A DNA stretch of 64,000 nt, taken from Methanotrichaceae archaeon. GTDB lineage: Archaea > Halobacteriota > Methanosarcinia > Methanotrichales > Methanotrichaceae. Both the position numbers and the translations under genes were made by a program. Position 1 is the stretch's first letter; the number at the start of each line of letters is the position of its first letter. A model generated the notes under the pieces. The model was not told the origin of the DNA and ran no database searches. It saw only the letters and a program-made list of their open reading frames with translations. This document shows positions 61,804-64,000 of this stretch, in pieces. The stretch spans positions 96,001-160,000 of the forward strand of contig CAVWIG010000017.1 in NCBI GenBank assembly GCA_963754945.1, read 5' to 3'.

Positions 61804-63210
61804 TCAGGCACTGACGCCTTGCAACCAGGCGTCGATATCTGCAGCCGAGCGTCTTCCTGCGGCAATTGCGCTGATGACAGTTGCCCCGCCGGTGACTATA
61901 TCGCCTCCAGCCCATACACCTTCCTTGGACGTCCTGCCGTTTTCGTCAGCTTTGATGGTGCCGTACTTGGTGGTCTCCAAGCCCGGAGTGTTCATCGGGA
62001 TCAAGGGATTTGGCTTGGTTCCCAGGGCCAAGATTGCCACGTCCACCTCTATGATGTGCTCTGATCCAATTTTAGGCACGGGACGCCTTCTACCGCTAGC
62101 ATCAGGTTCTCCCAGTTCCATCTCGATGCACTCCACAGCCTTGAGCCTTCCGCGATCGTCGCCGATGAATCTCACAGGCGTTGTGAGGAACTTGAAGATT
62201 ATGCCCTCTTCCTTGGCGTTCTCGATCTCTTCCCTGTTGGCTGGCATCTCCTTCTCGGAGCGCCTGTAGATCACGTACACTTTCTCTGCACCGCTGATCC
62301 TCAGAGCACACCTGGCAGAGTCCATTGCCACGTTTCCGCCTCCGACGACTGCGACGCGTTTGCCAGTCATGATGGGAGTGTCGTACTCGGGAAACCGGTA
62401 GGCCTTCATCAGGTTGATCCTGGTCAAGTACTCGTTTGCGAAGTATATTCCGCTCAGGTTTTCTCCTGGAACGTTCAGGAAAATAGGAGCGCCTGCACCA
62501 ATTCCAAGGAAAACAGCGTCGTACTCCTCTAAAAGCTCATCAACCTGCTGGAGCCTTCCCACTACTGAATCCATTCGGACGTCGACACCAAGCGTCCGGA
62601 TGTAATCCACCTCCGACCTGACGATATCTTTGGGCAGCCTAAACTCAGGAATTCCGTAAACCAGAACGCCTCCCGGTGTGTGGAGCGCTTCGAAGATGGT
62701 AACCTGATGGCCCCTGCCTGCCAGAAATGCGGCGCAGGTCAGACCCGCCGGGCCGGAGCCTACAACAGCAACCTTTTTACCTGTTGGTTTGACCTCCTGC
62801 CTCTCCGTTCCGCCCTGAGCAAGATCCCAGTCGGCCACAAACCGTTCCAGGCAGCCTATAGCTACGGCAGATCCTTCTCTCTTCTTCTCCAGAATACAGC
62901 CATGCTGGCACTGGACCTCTTTGGGGCAAACCCGGCCTGTGACTCCGGGAAGCCTGTTCTCTGTCTTGAGGATCTTTACCGCTCTAGGAAAATCGCCTTC
63001 CTCTATAGCTGCAATGAATCCTGGAATGTCAACGGAGATCGGACACTCGGAAACGCATCCAGGATCCTTGCACCTGAGGCATCTCCTTGCCTCTTCTCGG
63101 GCCTGATCCTCTGTGTAGCCCAGGGCAACCTCATCGAAGTTATAAATCCTCGTCTCAGGAGGTTGTTTCGGGATGGGTACACGGTTTAAGTTCAGCCGCC
63201 TCTTTGCCAT
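61804..63210 (-). CDS. NADPH-dependent glutamate synthase small-chain-like oxidoreductase (GltD/NfnB/SudA family)
   Basis: RCLRCKDP.C...CP, GRVCP...QC, GSGPAG, YGIPEFRL, GGGNVAMD. Confidence 0.9.
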   Translation of the reverse strand: MAKRRLNLNRVPIPKQPPETRIYNFDEVALGYTEDQAREEARRCLRCKDPGCVSECPISVDIPGFIAAIEEGDFPRAVKILKTENRLPGVTGRVCPKEVQCQHGCILEKKREGSAVAIGCLERFVADWDLAQGGTERQEVKPTGKKVAVVGSGPAGLTCAAFLAGRGHQVTIFEALHTPGGVLVYGIPEFRLPKDIVRSEVDYIRTLGVDVRMDSVVGRLQQVDELLEEYDAVFLGIGAGAPIFLNVPGENLSGIYFANEYLTRINLMKAYRFPEYDTPIMTGKRVAVVGGGNVAMDSARCALRISGAEKVYVIYRRSEKEMPANREEIENAKEEGIIFKFLTTPVRFIGDDRGRLKAVECIEMELGEPDASGRRRPVPKIGSEHIIEVDVAILALGTKPNPLIPMNTPGLETTKYGTIKADENGRTSKEGVWAGGDIVTGGATVISAIAAGRRSAADIDAWLQGVSA

Positions 63211-63280
63211 TCAGCCTCGCAAAGATCCGCGTGAGATTAAATCAACGAATAGTGATGGCCTAGCGTGATGTGACAAGGGT

Positions 63281-64000
63281 CTACCTCACAGCGACAGGCT
63301 GTGATCTCAAGGGAGTTGCAGATCCATGAGCTTCTCCGAGTATGAACTTCTCCAACAGCTCTTTCGCCACCTCGTCGGGGTATTGGACAGGAGGATGCTT
63401 CATGGTGTACGCGGATATCTCGAGCAGAGGTCCGGCGATCTCTCTTTCCATTGCTAGCTTGCACACTCTTATGGCATCGATGGAGCACCCACCGCTGTTG
63501 GGGGAGTCCTCCACTGAGAGCCTAAGCTCCAGGTTTATGGGCACATCTCCGAAGATCCGACCCTCCATGCGTAGGAAGCAGACCTTGTTGTCCTTCTGCC
63601 ATGGCACGTAATCAGAAGGTCCGATGTGGATGTCGTCTTCATCAAGGGGCGTATCCAGAACGGACTGAACAGCCTCGGTCTTGGAGATCTTCTTGGACTT
63701 TAGACGCTCTCTGTTGAGCATGTTCAGGAAATCTGTGTTCCCGCCGATGTTGAGCTGGTAGGTCCGGTCTAGGGTGCACGCCCTGTCCTGGAAGAGCTGA
63801 GTCAGGGTTCTATGAACGATGGTGGCACCGATCTGGGATTTGATGTCGTCTCCGACAATTGGAACTCCTCCATCCTTGAACCTCTTGCCCCATTCGGGGT
63901 TAGATGCTATGAATACCGGCATGCAGTTGATGAATCCCACTCCTGCGTCCAGAGCTGCCTCTGCATAGAAGCGGGTGGCCTGCTCTGAGCCAACAGGCAT
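63281..64000 (-). CDS. Myo-inositol-1-phosphate synthase (5' part outside the window)
   Basis: [33 protein letters not shown]. Confidence 0.92.
   Translation of the reverse strand: MPVGSEQATRFYAEAALDAGVGFINCMPVFIASNPEWGKRFKDGGVPIVGDDIKSQIGATIVHRTLTQLFQDRACTLDRTYQLNIGGNTDFLNMLNRERLKSKKISKTEAVQSVLDTPLDEDDIHIGPSDYVPWQKDNKVCFLRMEGRIFGDVPINLELRLSVEDSPNSGGCSIDAIRVCKLAMEREIAGPLLEISAYTMKHPPVQYPDEVAKELLEKFILGEAHGSATPLRSQPVAVR

Noticed and set aside
1-64000. CRISPR array or rRNA genes
   Set aside because: No regularly spaced repeat-spacer run and no rRNA-like sequence seen

Overview
Archaeal methanogen DNA, most consistent with Methanotrichaceae/Methanosarcinales (inferred from gene content, TATA promoters and an intron-containing tRNA). 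About 18% of the window is insertion sequences: four near-identical IS5 copies, plus IS256, IS110, IS66-like, IS630 and IS903-like elements. It also holds a sulfur cluster (ThiF, ThiI, CysE-DUF59, cysK), a copper/heavy-metal cluster with five YHS domains, tRNA-Ser(UGA) and housekeeping genes. Three things stand out. (1) A two-loop, bridge-RNA-like structure lies upstream of the IS110 recombinase, and its loop sequences recur in the DNA just upstream. (2) Four unannotated non-autonomous IS200/IS605-type palindromic elements (46-151 bp) all sit next to TTTAT and end in TTGAC; two of them interrupt genes without a scar. (3) A candidate anti-Shine-Dalgarno small RNA lies near 34.1 kb. All folds and alignments were done by eye; no searches were run.
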